DNA from: a virus
Taxonomy: Duplodnaviria > Caudoviricetes
Virus record (IMG/VR): IMGVR_UViG_3300027545_000002
Coordinates: 1 to 43,347 of that record
Strand: one strand, 5' to 3'
DNA: 43,347 nucleotides
Shown: in pieces, positions 17,908-26,468 of the stretch
Layout: each line of letters starts with the position of its first letter
Numbering within the stretch: position 1 is the first letter of the stretch
Program-made: the position numbers and the translations under genes
Notes under the pieces: generated by a model
What the model saw: the letters and a program-made list of their open reading frames with translations, nothing else
Databases searched by the model: none
Told to the model about the DNA's origin: nothing

Positions 17908-18795
17908 TTAAACAGTAGTGTTGAATTGTTGAATCAACTTGCCTTCTGTCCGTACTGCACCCAGAACCCCAATAACTTGAATTTGTTCTACTTCAGCATA
18001 ATCAGGTCTGTCTTTTACTTTGACATCCCAATCGCGTGACATACCTACGCACAAACCATCAGTAGCTAAAGCGAAAGATTGTCTTACCCCAGCAACTACC
18101 CCAAGTACTGGGTTAGTAACATTGGCACCGAACTTGAGCAACTCCATATTAGCTACTTGCGTAACTTCACCTTTTTCAAGTTGCATTTGATTTGTATATC
18201 TAGAAGATATAAACTGGTCAATTTGCAAGAGGGTGGAATGTTCTTCACCGGATATACCGACGCAGATTTTTATAGGCATATCGTTACCAACTTCACCATC
18301 GATGAAGTTTTGCTTGATAGCTAGAATCTTGGCAAGTGTCAAACCGCCAGTAGCATCAACAGTTAACACGCCATCATTGGCGGCAGTAACTGAAGTCTGG
18401 AAAGTCTGACCAGTGTTAACCGCAGCAAACATCGCTTGGTAACAAACTAAGTCGAATACCCGCTCAAGAGCCTTAACACATGCTTCAGCAAGACGACCCT
18501 TAGGATCGTTCATCATGCCTTCGACATCCATTTGGTCAAGAGGAATAGTGACTACGAATCTACGTCTGATAATTTCGCGACGATTAAATTCAATATCATC
18601 AAATTGAGTTAAATTAATACGCCCAACTAACTCACGGGCTTCTACGGTGCCTAAACCATCGTATGCGTAAGTGTCGCCAGTCATGCGGCGAATGTCACAG
18701 TAAGGACGCAATCTTGCGCGGGCTTGTTGTGCCCGGATGTGCATCATGTCCGAAAACTGGACTATAAGTGCATTATTGACGGTGTTCATTGCCAC
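17908..18795 (-). CDS. Major capsid protein
   Basis: VQFSDMMH..AQQ..ARLR, GGLTLAKI, GAVRTEGK; follows scaffold; GAGGT RBS, GTG start. Confidence 0.9.
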   Translation of the reverse strand: MAMNTVNNALIVQFSDMMHIRAQQARARLRPYCDIRRMTGDTYAYDGLGTVEARELVGRINLTQFDDIEFNRREIIRRRFVVTIPLDQMDVEGMMNDPKGRLAEACVKALERVFDLVCYQAMFAAVNTGQTFQTSVTAANDGVLTVDATGGLTLAKILAIKQNFIDGEVGNDMPIKICVGISGEEHSTLLQIDQFISSRYTNQMQLEKGEVTQVANMELLKFGANVTNPVLGVVAGVRQSFALATDGLCVGMSRDWDVKVKDRPDYAEVEQIQVIGVLGAVRTEGKLIQQFNTTV

Positions 18796-18917
18796 GGCGC
18801 GTTTACCTCGAAAAAAGTATTTATTTACTTGTTTTCGAGTAGTGGCCTAGACAAACTAGATACTCTTACTGATTCACAGTCATAAGTTGGATGCCGAAGC
18901 AGTACCCCAACAATTTA

Positions 18918-18946
18918 ATGATAGCAAGGCTTGTAATTGGTGTCAA
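18918..18946 (-). promoter_or_regulatory. Sigma70-type promoter for the capsid operon
   Basis: TTGACA-N17-TATCAT with extended -10 TG. Confidence 0.8.
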
Positions 18947-20014
18947 TTACATCAAGCTTAAAGGTCTAGCAAGTACATCTGGTGGTAAGGACTTATAAGC
19001 AGCGTTAATTCTTTTCGTCAAAGCTTCATACTCAGGACTCATAGTATTACTTCTCATTGAATCGCGTTTCTTTAACATCGCATCAAGCTCTTGGCGTGAA
19101 GCAACCCCAGTATTAGCAGTAGTTGTTGTATTACCAGTCCCAGTGTTAAATGTATCTTCTTTAGTAGTAGCTTTATAAATATCACTCAATGTCCCGGCAA
19201 TTGCTGCTAACTGTTGATTATTAAGAGTAGCTAATATAGCTTTATGCTCAACACGTCCAAATTGAGATAACAATTTACTGCCCCGATCCTGAACAGCCAT
19301 TTTTTCTTCGCCGTACATTCTAGTCATAGTTTGATCGTAATCAACTTCTTGCGCTTTACCAGCAATTGCTTGCGCTTTCAATTGATCAACAGTTAGCTTA
19401 TCCCATTTCTTTTCTAACTTTTCCCATGCCTCTTTAGATACGCCAGCAGCCATAGCTTCCTCTTTAAGAGGATTCATAACTGTGTCTGGCTTGTATTGCT
19501 TTAGGTTGTCAGCGTAAGGCTTATCTTCCGGTGTCCATTCTTCCGGTGCGTACTCATAACCTTTAATAGAATCAGGAACACCTATAGACTTGTAAAATGC
19601 TTTGCGCTGTTCTGGCGTAGCATTCTCATCAGGCACTCGTGGTCTTTGAGTGAGAGCTTCGAGGTTATCAACTTTCTTGAATAATTCGGATACCGGGTCT
19701 TCTGACTTTGATATATTTTTAACCCACTCTTTTTCTTTCTGATCTTGTGGAATGATTGAATCAAAGTTGAACTTTTCTTTTCCTGAGCCACCACTAGCAA
19801 ACGGATTAAACGTAGAAGAAGCTTGTGCATTACGCACCTCCTCTATCTGTACCTTCGTCGTTTCCGATGCCGGGGTAGATACCGGCGATGTAGTCTTCTG
19901 CAAACTTTGCTGATTTTCTGTCGAAGTCGTCACGCCTGCGTCTGACGGTGCCCCCGACTGATTTGATGTTGATGTCGTCGTTGGGGTCGGTGTTGCTACT
20001 GTTTGATCGCTCAT
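18947..20014 (-). CDS. Capsid scaffolding protein
   Basis: Low-complexity N-terminus, FYKSIGVPDSIKGYEY, helical C-terminus; directly upstream of the capsid gene. Confidence 0.8.
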   Translation of the reverse strand: MSDQTVATPTPTTTSTSNQSGAPSDAGVTTSTENQQSLQKTTSPVSTPASETTKVQIEEVRNAQASSTFNPFASGGSGKEKFNFDSIIPQDQKEKEWVKNISKSEDPVSELFKKVDNLEALTQRPRVPDENATPEQRKAFYKSIGVPDSIKGYEYAPEEWTPEDKPYADNLKQYKPDTVMNPLKEEAMAAGVSKEAWEKLEKKWDKLTVDQLKAQAIAGKAQEVDYDQTMTRMYGEEKMAVQDRGSKLLSQFGRVEHKAILATLNNQQLAAIAGTLSDIYKATTKEDTFNTGTGNTTTTANTGVASRQELDAMLKKRDSMRSNTMSPEYEALTKRINAAYKSLPPDVLARPLSLM

Positions 20015-20294
20015 GGTTAATATCCTTTACTATTTCTGCTGGAACTTCCTTTTTCTCGTCTAGTTCTATTACAGAGAGATTATCTACTTCTATAATATCA
20101 CGTAAATCAAGCCATACACCTCGTCTAGCTTCATTATAGATAGTACCGCGTATTTCTACTTCATTTGATTTAGTTAGCACTACTGAAGGTTTCTGATAAC
20201 CGCATTCTCTCATAAGGGCTTTGAGAAATACTTGACCCTCGTGTTGAGAGCTGATTATCTTTAATGCTTGCTTTTCTCTATCTGATAGATCCAT
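19830..20294 (-). CDS. Bbp19-like protein between portal and scaffold
   Basis: EGQVFLKALMRECGY...IYNEARRGVWL pattern; TAATG coupling to the portal gene. Confidence 0.7.
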   Translation of the reverse strand: MDLSDREKQALKIISSQHEGQVFLKALMRECGYQKPSVVLTKSNEVEIRGTIYNEARRGVWLDLRDIIEVDNLSVIELDEKKEVPAEIVKDINHERSNSSNTDPNDDINIKSVGGTVRRRRDDFDRKSAKFAEDYIAGIYPGIGNDEGTDRGGA

Positions 20295-22198
20295 TAAGCA
20301 GCTTGATTGCCCCCTACACTAGTTCCAAACAAATCCTGTAGTGGTAAACCTGCTTTTGCCGCCGATTGCGCGGCCTGGGCTACATGCTTCATATCTACAG
20401 AACTTTGAGCCTTCTGCGCTGCTGCTGCTTGTTGCTGCTGTACCTGTATCCTGTTTTGTCGCAATGCCTTTATAGTTTCAGCGTCGTTAAGAATAGCGCT
20501 GTTCGCGCCAGCCAACTCAACTATAAGCTCCACTGCTTTATCGGTATTGATAGTATCCAATATATCAGGAACCGCTTGAGACATGTTTATAGTTGCTGTC
20601 AGTGCCTGTTGTATCCCCGCAAGTTCTTCTGCTCTCATACTACGGGCTGCTGGGGAAACAAATCTAATTTTATAACCGTTCTGCCCTGAATTGATTAGCT
20701 TAGCTACAGCATCAGGGATATACATTGCTGGTGGTTTACCAAGAGCTTGTAAAATCAAATCGTCAATAGAACCTTTGATAATCCCAAGACGCTTTTGGTC
20801 AAACAGGATATCAAAAGTAGCTTCTACTGTACGTGAGAACTGTTCAGCTATTTGACGGGCATACACAGTTATAAGTGAACGCTGACGCATACCGTCTATT
20901 ATCTTAGCTTCCCCTAAAGTCTTTCTTTGCGTATTATCTAAAGTAGTTAACTTATCAATAAAGAAATTCTTTTGGATAATAGCTTGTAGCCTTTCTATCT
21001 CAAGATAAGTATCTTTAAGCTCACCAACTGTTATAAGCGGTTCGACTGGTTTAAGACCGCTATTAGCAATACGACCAGACACATTATGAACACTAATTGC
21101 GCCAGTAGAGGTGTTAATTGTTTGGTTGCCCAATGCACCGTCAGACAGCACCAATATAGGAGGATTGAGTGTTTTCTCAACTGCGACAATGGAATTCTCC
21201 CTCATCTCATTAACTTCTAAAATATCAGGCATTGCTTCCATGCCAGGACTTCTGCCATAGACTTCGTTCATGGTTTTCCAAAAACGAGTAATGAAGATAC
21301 GCATTTTCTTCATGCCTGATTCTTTAATTATATGCCCTTCTGGTACTTCAATATGATCAGAAGCAATGGGATAACCTTTTACCCCAAAAGCCCCCGGATT
21401 ATCTTGCCTTGGTTCTACCGCGTGGAGTATTTGTATAAGTTCTTCTTGCCTTGAACCATCAGGACTATTAAAGCTATCTCGTACTCGTTGAGAAACATTA
21501 TCAATACCGTACTCCTGTACTACCTGGCGCATTGTCATTTCACGCAAAACATAGCAAGTATCAACAACGCCTTGAGAATTTTCAGCAATAGCTATTTTCT
21601 TAGCATCCACTGCCATATAAGAAAGTGGAGTCTCTGCCCCAAGTTCTTCATTCTCTTTGACGTAAATACCACTTATACCAAACGCCCCTTGGTCATAAAA
21701 ATATTCTTCAAGGGCACAAGCTAAGCCGCATTTAGGGTCGTCCATAACTTCCGCCATCGTATGAGACACCCATTCAAAATACTCTTTTACCTCTTTTGAA
21801 TTTTTTACCTCGGCTGGCATACTGTCAGGTGGGTGAATATAGAACGACCTGGAAGCATTAGGCCACAAATCCCCAAGCATAGAACTAGCCATATCATGGT
21901 TAGCCATAGGAGCAGTAGAGTCAAATATCTTACCTGTAAGGAACATCCCTGGAGTTATATGAAGCGTAAAGTCTTGCTTACGAGTCATAATAAACTCACC
22001 AAGTAATTGGTATGTATAAAGCCAAGGAGCCTTCTTAGCAAGCAGTTGTCTATGCTTAGCCATGATAGCTTGTGCGCGTTGTTGTTTAGTTGGCTTAGCT
22101 GGAAGTGCTGAAGGGGTATTTAACGGCATTGCAAAAGGATCGAATACAGGATCGACACTTCCATTATTAGAACTAGCTACGGCATCTATCGTAGACAT
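20294..22198 (-). CDS. Portal (head-tail connector) protein
   Basis: IFDSTA, EVYGRSPGMEAMPD, NPP and SPAARS motifs of T7 gp8/BPP-1-type portals. Confidence 0.93.
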   Translation of the reverse strand: MSTIDAVASSNNGSVDPVFDPFAMPLNTPSALPAKPTKQQRAQAIMAKHRQLLAKKAPWLYTYQLLGEFIMTRKQDFTLHITPGMFLTGKIFDSTAPMANHDMASSMLGDLWPNASRSFYIHPPDSMPAEVKNSKEVKEYFEWVSHTMAEVMDDPKCGLACALEEYFYDQGAFGISGIYVKENEELGAETPLSYMAVDAKKIAIAENSQGVVDTCYVLREMTMRQVVQEYGIDNVSQRVRDSFNSPDGSRQEELIQILHAVEPRQDNPGAFGVKGYPIASDHIEVPEGHIIKESGMKKMRIFITRFWKTMNEVYGRSPGMEAMPDILEVNEMRENSIVAVEKTLNPPILVLSDGALGNQTINTSTGAISVHNVSGRIANSGLKPVEPLITVGELKDTYLEIERLQAIIQKNFFIDKLTTLDNTQRKTLGEAKIIDGMRQRSLITVYARQIAEQFSRTVEATFDILFDQKRLGIIKGSIDDLILQALGKPPAMYIPDAVAKLINSGQNGYKIRFVSPAARSMRAEELAGIQQALTATINMSQAVPDILDTINTDKAVELIVELAGANSAILNDAETIKALRQNRIQVQQQQAAAAQKAQSSVDMKHVAQAAQSAAKAGLPLQDLFGTSVGGNQAA

Positions 22199-22470
22199 TA
22201 ATCCCCTAGCAATGCTGAACGAGTTGCTCCATTACCTAAAAAACTTCCTGGCGACTGCGCTCCCGCATAAGCCCCAATAGATGGACTGTTATTAGCAGAA
22301 GCAGGAGTAGCAGGGTTAATAGCCGCATCTAACTGAGCACTTTGAGCTGCATACTGAGACTGCAATTGCTGCGTTTGTTGATTGTATTGTTGATTAATCA
22401 TATTTTCTTGCTGTGCAGCAGCAATCTCTTGGTTAACAGAATTATTAGCCATATTAGATGGTACGCCCAT
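22198..22470 (-). CDS. Small Gln-rich virion protein ending in LLG
   Basis: MG start, Q-rich, C-terminal RSALLGD; usual position just before the portal. Confidence 0.65.
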   Translation of the reverse strand: MGVPSNMANNSVNQEIAAAQQENMINQQYNQQTQQLQSQYAAQSAQLDAAINPATPASANNSPSIGAYAGAQSPGSFLGNGATRSALLGD

Positions 22471-22475
22471 ATTTA

Positions 22476-22940
22476 TTAGCTACCACTACGGCATATAAGT
22501 TGCGCTCCAATTATAGTAGCGTTATCATTCGCTTTCACATTGAATATAACAGCGCTTCCGGCTGGAATAATAGGTTGTCCACCAACATTCAAACTAGTAG
22601 CAAACCCTAACGCCGTACTAGATGAAATTAGTTGATTCTGTGTAGCAGCAGTAGTTGCAATATAATTACCATTACAAATAGTATTTGATACTGTAGGCGG
22701 TCCGTTTGCAATAAGTGCTTGCCATACATCAATTTGAATAGTAGCACTTACATCGCAAAATAAAGCCCAACCTTCTATTTTCAAAGCTACAGGCACATAA
22801 AAATAAAATTTCTTACTTGTAGCTACTGCTGAACCTCCTCCATCCCAGAAAGCTGAAAGAGCATCTGAAAATAAAGAGGACATTTGCTCCCCTACTCTAA
22901 ATATATTATTTCCTTGTAAAACCGAATTTGGTGCTGTCAT
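22476..22940 (-). CDS. Putative virion structural protein (beta-rich)
   Basis: VPVALKIEGW...IQIDVW...PPT pattern; strong AAGGAG RBS. Confidence 0.55.
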   Translation of the reverse strand: MTAPNSVLQGNNIFRVGEQMSSLFSDALSAFWDGGGSAVATSKKFYFYVPVALKIEGWALFCDVSATIQIDVWQALIANGPPTVSNTICNGNYIATTAATQNQLISSSTALGFATSLNVGGQPIIPAGSAVIFNVKANDNATIIGAQLICRSGS

Positions 22941-22952
22941 TTTATTCTCCTT

Positions 22953-23276
22953 TTAAGTTGTGACGCCAGCTAAATCATTAAACAGTGAACTAACAGCAAA
23001 CTCAATATCACTATCTGGAACAGCAGTACATCCAGGCAAACTTGCTACTGTAGCTTCGGCTGCAATAGAAGCATTTGTCAAAACTGCTTCTGCTACTTCA
23101 AGCATATTTACTTGTCCATTAATAACTTTTTCAGCAAATTGCGCCCGCGCAAAATGATTTGCTGTTTGCGCACTTTCTGCTGCTACATTAACAGCGGCCT
23201 GTTCAAGAGCCGCAAAGCATCTTTGTTGAAAAGCTGTATCAGCAGCGATTGCACCTAAGTCTTGTAAATCTGCCAT
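22953..23276 (-). CDS. Ala-rich helical hypothetical protein
   Basis: AAGGAG RBS; follows the fibre-like gene (possible chaperone). Confidence 0.65.
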   Translation of the reverse strand: MADLQDLGAIAADTAFQQRCFAALEQAAVNVAAESAQTANHFARAQFAEKVINGQVNMLEVAEAVLTNASIAAEATVASLPGCTAVPDSDIEFAVSSLFNDLAGVTT

Positions 23277-23286
23277 ATTCGTCTCC

Positions 23287-25176
23287 TTATTGCTGAACGA
23301 TAAAGTTAAATATTAATGTCCCAGTAATGCCTGTACCCGCAGTTGTCGAAGTAAGTACTGCTGTAGTAGTTGTAGTTGTAACATTTAAACCTGTTCCAAG
23401 AACGCCTATATTACCAGCCGAAGTATTAGCGGCAGAAAAAGTTGCAATAGGGGCTGCACCAAAAGCAGTACCAAAAGTTACTGTTGCTAATATACCTGCC
23501 CCAGCGACAGTTCCAGTTGTAATAGTTACTTGAAAAGCTCCATCATGTCCTGTAATCGAAGCCGTTGCCCCTGAACCAGCACCTGCTCCTACAGCTACCG
23601 TTGGTGCTGTGCCTATATTTATATAATGGTTGTTATTTAAAAACCCATTAACATCAATCGATGATAAAGTAGCCGCACTAGAGTTTTGCCAAACTTGCAT
23701 AGCAGCTGTTTGAGAAGCAACTTGTTTTACTATTAATCCAATCGCGCCTACCACATTGCTGGTTACACGAAGCATAGAAGTATTACCAGCGGCAGTTCCA
23801 GTAACATCCATCATTACACCTGAACCGTTTAGCGTAATTTGATTAGATGTACCGTTAACACGCATGGTAAACGGACTACCAGTACCAACAATATTATTAA
23901 TACTAGTAGTATTGTTAAATGCACTTATCCCACTGGTATTAACGCCTCCGGCAAAAGTGACTCCACTCCCCGTATCTTGTAATGTCATTTGCGCAGTATA
24001 ACCACCACCATTAACTTGACTGGCAAATATCAAATTAGTACCGACTACACCACCTTGCTGAATCGGTTGGTTATATACAATCCAATCAGCAGTTTGGCTG
24101 GCTGCTGTCGCGTTACTTTTCCAACCTTGTCCGATTAAGTGCAATGAGGGAGAATATTGTTGAGCGCCAGAAGCAGCAGCAGTAGTGTTTTCTAATATAA
24201 GACCATCTGTTGGTGTTGTGCCAATATTGGCTTTCAATACAATCGGAGCTGCTGTCCATGTATTTTGAGTAGCAAGATTTAAATCTAAAGTGGTGTTAGA
24301 TGAAGTTCCACCAACAGTTAAAGTGCTGTTTGGAGAAGTAATAGTATCTCCACCCCCACCGCCTGAACCATTAGCAGCAGCCGTAATTCTTCCTTTAGCA
24401 TCAACTGTTATATTAGCACTAGTAAAACTTCCAACATTGCTATTAACAGTTGCAAGAGTTAAAGCACCAGTATCAGATATAGTGGCATCTCCGCTTAATG
24501 TTACAGCTTGCACATTACTTGCAGTCTTACCCACAACTATCTGGGCATCAGTTAAAGCAGGTACCATACCTTGCAAACTAGCTGTGGCTATATTAGGAAT
24601 TGTAGTTAACTGAGTAGCAGTAAGTGCTACTGGAACAGCAGTACTGCCGCTTATATTTCCTAAAACCGTATTGTTAGCTTCTGTCGGAAATTGAGCTAAA
24701 GTTGCGGAACCTGAAATGTCAGTAAATGCCGGTTGCGTCGAGCTAGGAACTCCAGAAGTGGAAATAGTATTTATCCATTGATGAGAGGTAGCTGCTAAGC
24801 TTTCTATACCTCCTAAAGTAGATGCGCCAGGATTACCTAGAGTTACAACACCTGTAGTGGTATTAATAGTTGCTCCACCACTAGCAGTAAACCCTCCTAA
24901 AGCACCAGAACTATTAAATTGAATTTGTCCGTTAGTACCGCCAGCAGAAGCTGAACCGCCAGACGAACTTATAGTTAACGTATTAGGACTGCTTCCTGGC
25001 GTAAGAGTTACATTTGTTCCAGCTTTCAGTTGATAGCTATTAGGAAAAGTTGCAGAATCGTTTCCCTGAGTTAACACATCAGCCGGACCACCACCTCCAC
25101 CAGCAGAAATATATTGAGCAAAACTAGGAGTTATAGTAAGAAAAAAGGCTAAAAGTAAAACAAGTATATTTTTCAT
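23287..25176 (-). CDS. Fibre-like virion protein with signal peptide
   Basis: TGATG-coupled start MKNILVLLLAFFLTITPSFA|Q; G/T/S/A-rich with fibre-type segments (GGTNGQIQFN, SGDATISDTG, ANITVDAKGRITAAANG). Confidence 0.75.
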   Translation of the reverse strand: MKNILVLLLAFFLTITPSFAQYISAGGGGGPADVLTQGNDSATFPNSYQLKAGTNVTLTPGSSPNTLTISSSGGSASAGGTNGQIQFNSSGALGGFTASGGATINTTTGVVTLGNPGASTLGGIESLAATSHQWINTISTSGVPSSTQPAFTDISGSATLAQFPTEANNTVLGNISGSTAVPVALTATQLTTIPNIATASLQGMVPALTDAQIVVGKTASNVQAVTLSGDATISDTGALTLATVNSNVGSFTSANITVDAKGRITAAANGSGGGGGDTITSPNSTLTVGGTSSNTTLDLNLATQNTWTAAPIVLKANIGTTPTDGLILENTTAAASGAQQYSPSLHLIGQGWKSNATAASQTADWIVYNQPIQQGGVVGTNLIFASQVNGGGYTAQMTLQDTGSGVTFAGGVNTSGISAFNNTTSINNIVGTGSPFTMRVNGTSNQITLNGSGVMMDVTGTAAGNTSMLRVTSNVVGAIGLIVKQVASQTAAMQVWQNSSAATLSSIDVNGFLNNNHYINIGTAPTVAVGAGAGSGATASITGHDGAFQVTITTGTVAGAGILATVTFGTAFGAAPIATFSAANTSAGNIGVLGTGLNVTTTTTTAVLTSTTAGTGITGTLIFNFIVQQ

Positions 25177-25523
25177 CAGTATGCTAACCAAGATAATGTG
25201 CCAGTAGCACTAGCCCCAATATAATGAAATCCTGTCTGAGCTGCCATATGTCCTGCTAACCCCAAATTTAAACTAGCCCCAGGGTCTACCTGAAAATCAG
25301 CACTAGTGGCAGTTGTATTATTAGGTGAAACATAAACAATAGCTGCGGTGCTAGATGTTTTTATAATTATATGAGAAAAACTCCCGTTAAAAGAAATAGC
25401 AGTATCTGTTGCCGCTATATTCACTGTACCTTCCTGGCATATAGGAGCTATTGCATAAGCGCTTATGCAATATATATTAGCTATAAACGCTAAAACTAAT
25501 CGTGCCCAAAATCTTTTAAACAT
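25176..25523 (-). CDS. Small beta-rich protein with signal peptide
   Basis: GGGAG RBS; MFKRFWARLVLAFIANIYCISAYA|I. Confidence 0.7.
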   Translation of the reverse strand: MFKRFWARLVLAFIANIYCISAYAIAPICQEGTVNIAATDTAISFNGSFSHIIIKTSSTAAIVYVSPNNTTATSADFQVDPGASLNLGLAGHMAAQTGFHYIGASATGTLSWLAY

Positions 25524-25524
25524 A

Positions 25525-25818
25525 TTAACTCCCTAATAACTGATTACGAGATGTTTGTGGGCTTGACTGGTCACCTAATTCAGAAGTTGAAATAGTTGGT
25601 AAACTATTTAAAGCATATGGTGTAGCAGAAGTTGGCCCAAGTTGAGAAGTTAAAGCAGAAGTACGAGCGCTAACTAAGTTATTCATGTTTGACTGCTCCG
25701 TTAGCATTTGATTGTTTTGATTTGCCTGTGCTGCCATAGCCTGTAATGAAAGGTCGCTTTGTTGTTGAGCCGACATTTGTGCAGTTTGATTCTGAGAAAA
25801 ACCAAATAAACTTCCTAT
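25525..25818 (-). CDS. Small Gln-rich virion protein ending in LLG; probable ATA start
   Basis: AGGGGG-N7-ATA GGA AGT TTA TTT GGT (MGSLFG...); C-terminal RNQLLGS. Confidence 0.6.
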   Translation of the reverse strand: MGSLFGFSQNQTAQMSAQQQSDLSLQAMAAQANQNNQMLTEQSNMNNLVSARTSALTSQLGPTSATPYALNSLPTISTSELGDQSSPQTSRNQLLGS

Positions 25819-25829
25819 AATGTAGCCCC

Positions 25830-26465
25830 CTAACCCGCTTGTAGAGCGCGTTTCTGGCTTTTTGCTCTACTTCGTGCACGCGCACAAATCATACAGCATT
25901 TAGTCAAGCCGCCATTTTTATGACTGTAAACTCTAAAATTATCTCCTTTATAGACATGTCCTTGTGGACAGTGCGTCCGGTCTTTACATGGAACTTCTAG
26001 ATAAGGTTTCCCTCCATTAGCTATTTTATTTCGAACCCGTCGATTTCGTTTACACGTAACGCATCGTCTGCCCCAAGTACCAGTACGAGGAATAAATTCT
26101 TTTACTGAATGCTCTTCGTTATACGGATGCCCAGCCGGACAATGTGTTTCTTTCCCATGCCCCTCTCCACGCAATAGATTCTCTTGTAGGGTTACCTCCT
26201 CTAGATGATCAGGTCTTACGCAATTTCTAACCCGGCAAAGATGATCTAAATTTCTCCCCGCTCCGGGAACATACCCAAAACGATAATAAAATGCTGCTCT
26301 GTGCGCACTAGATATACCTAATTCACTAATTCTAAATCGTCCATAACCGCTTTTAGTTAAAGTATGCTGCCAAAGCCAGCAGGTATCGGTAAATTCAATA
26401 TACGAAACAAATTTCGCAAATCGATCTAACCTAACCTTCCCGCGACAATCCTTCAACTCAAACAT
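25830..26465 (-). CDS. Free-standing HNH endonuclease with duplicated THCPxGH zinc-binding repeats
   Basis: CWLWQ...GYG...AHR...LDHLCRVRNCVRPDHLE...EN; THCPAGH...CVTC and THCPQGH...CMIC. Confidence 0.9.
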   Translation of the reverse strand: MFELKDCRGKVRLDRFAKFVSYIEFTDTCWLWQHTLTKSGYGRFRISELGISSAHRAAFYYRFGYVPGAGRNLDHLCRVRNCVRPDHLEEVTLQENLLRGEGHGKETHCPAGHPYNEEHSVKEFIPRTGTWGRRCVTCKRNRRVRNKIANGGKPYLEVPCKDRTHCPQGHVYKGDNFRVYSHKNGGLTKCCMICARARSRAKSQKRALQAG

Positions 26466-26468
26466 AGC

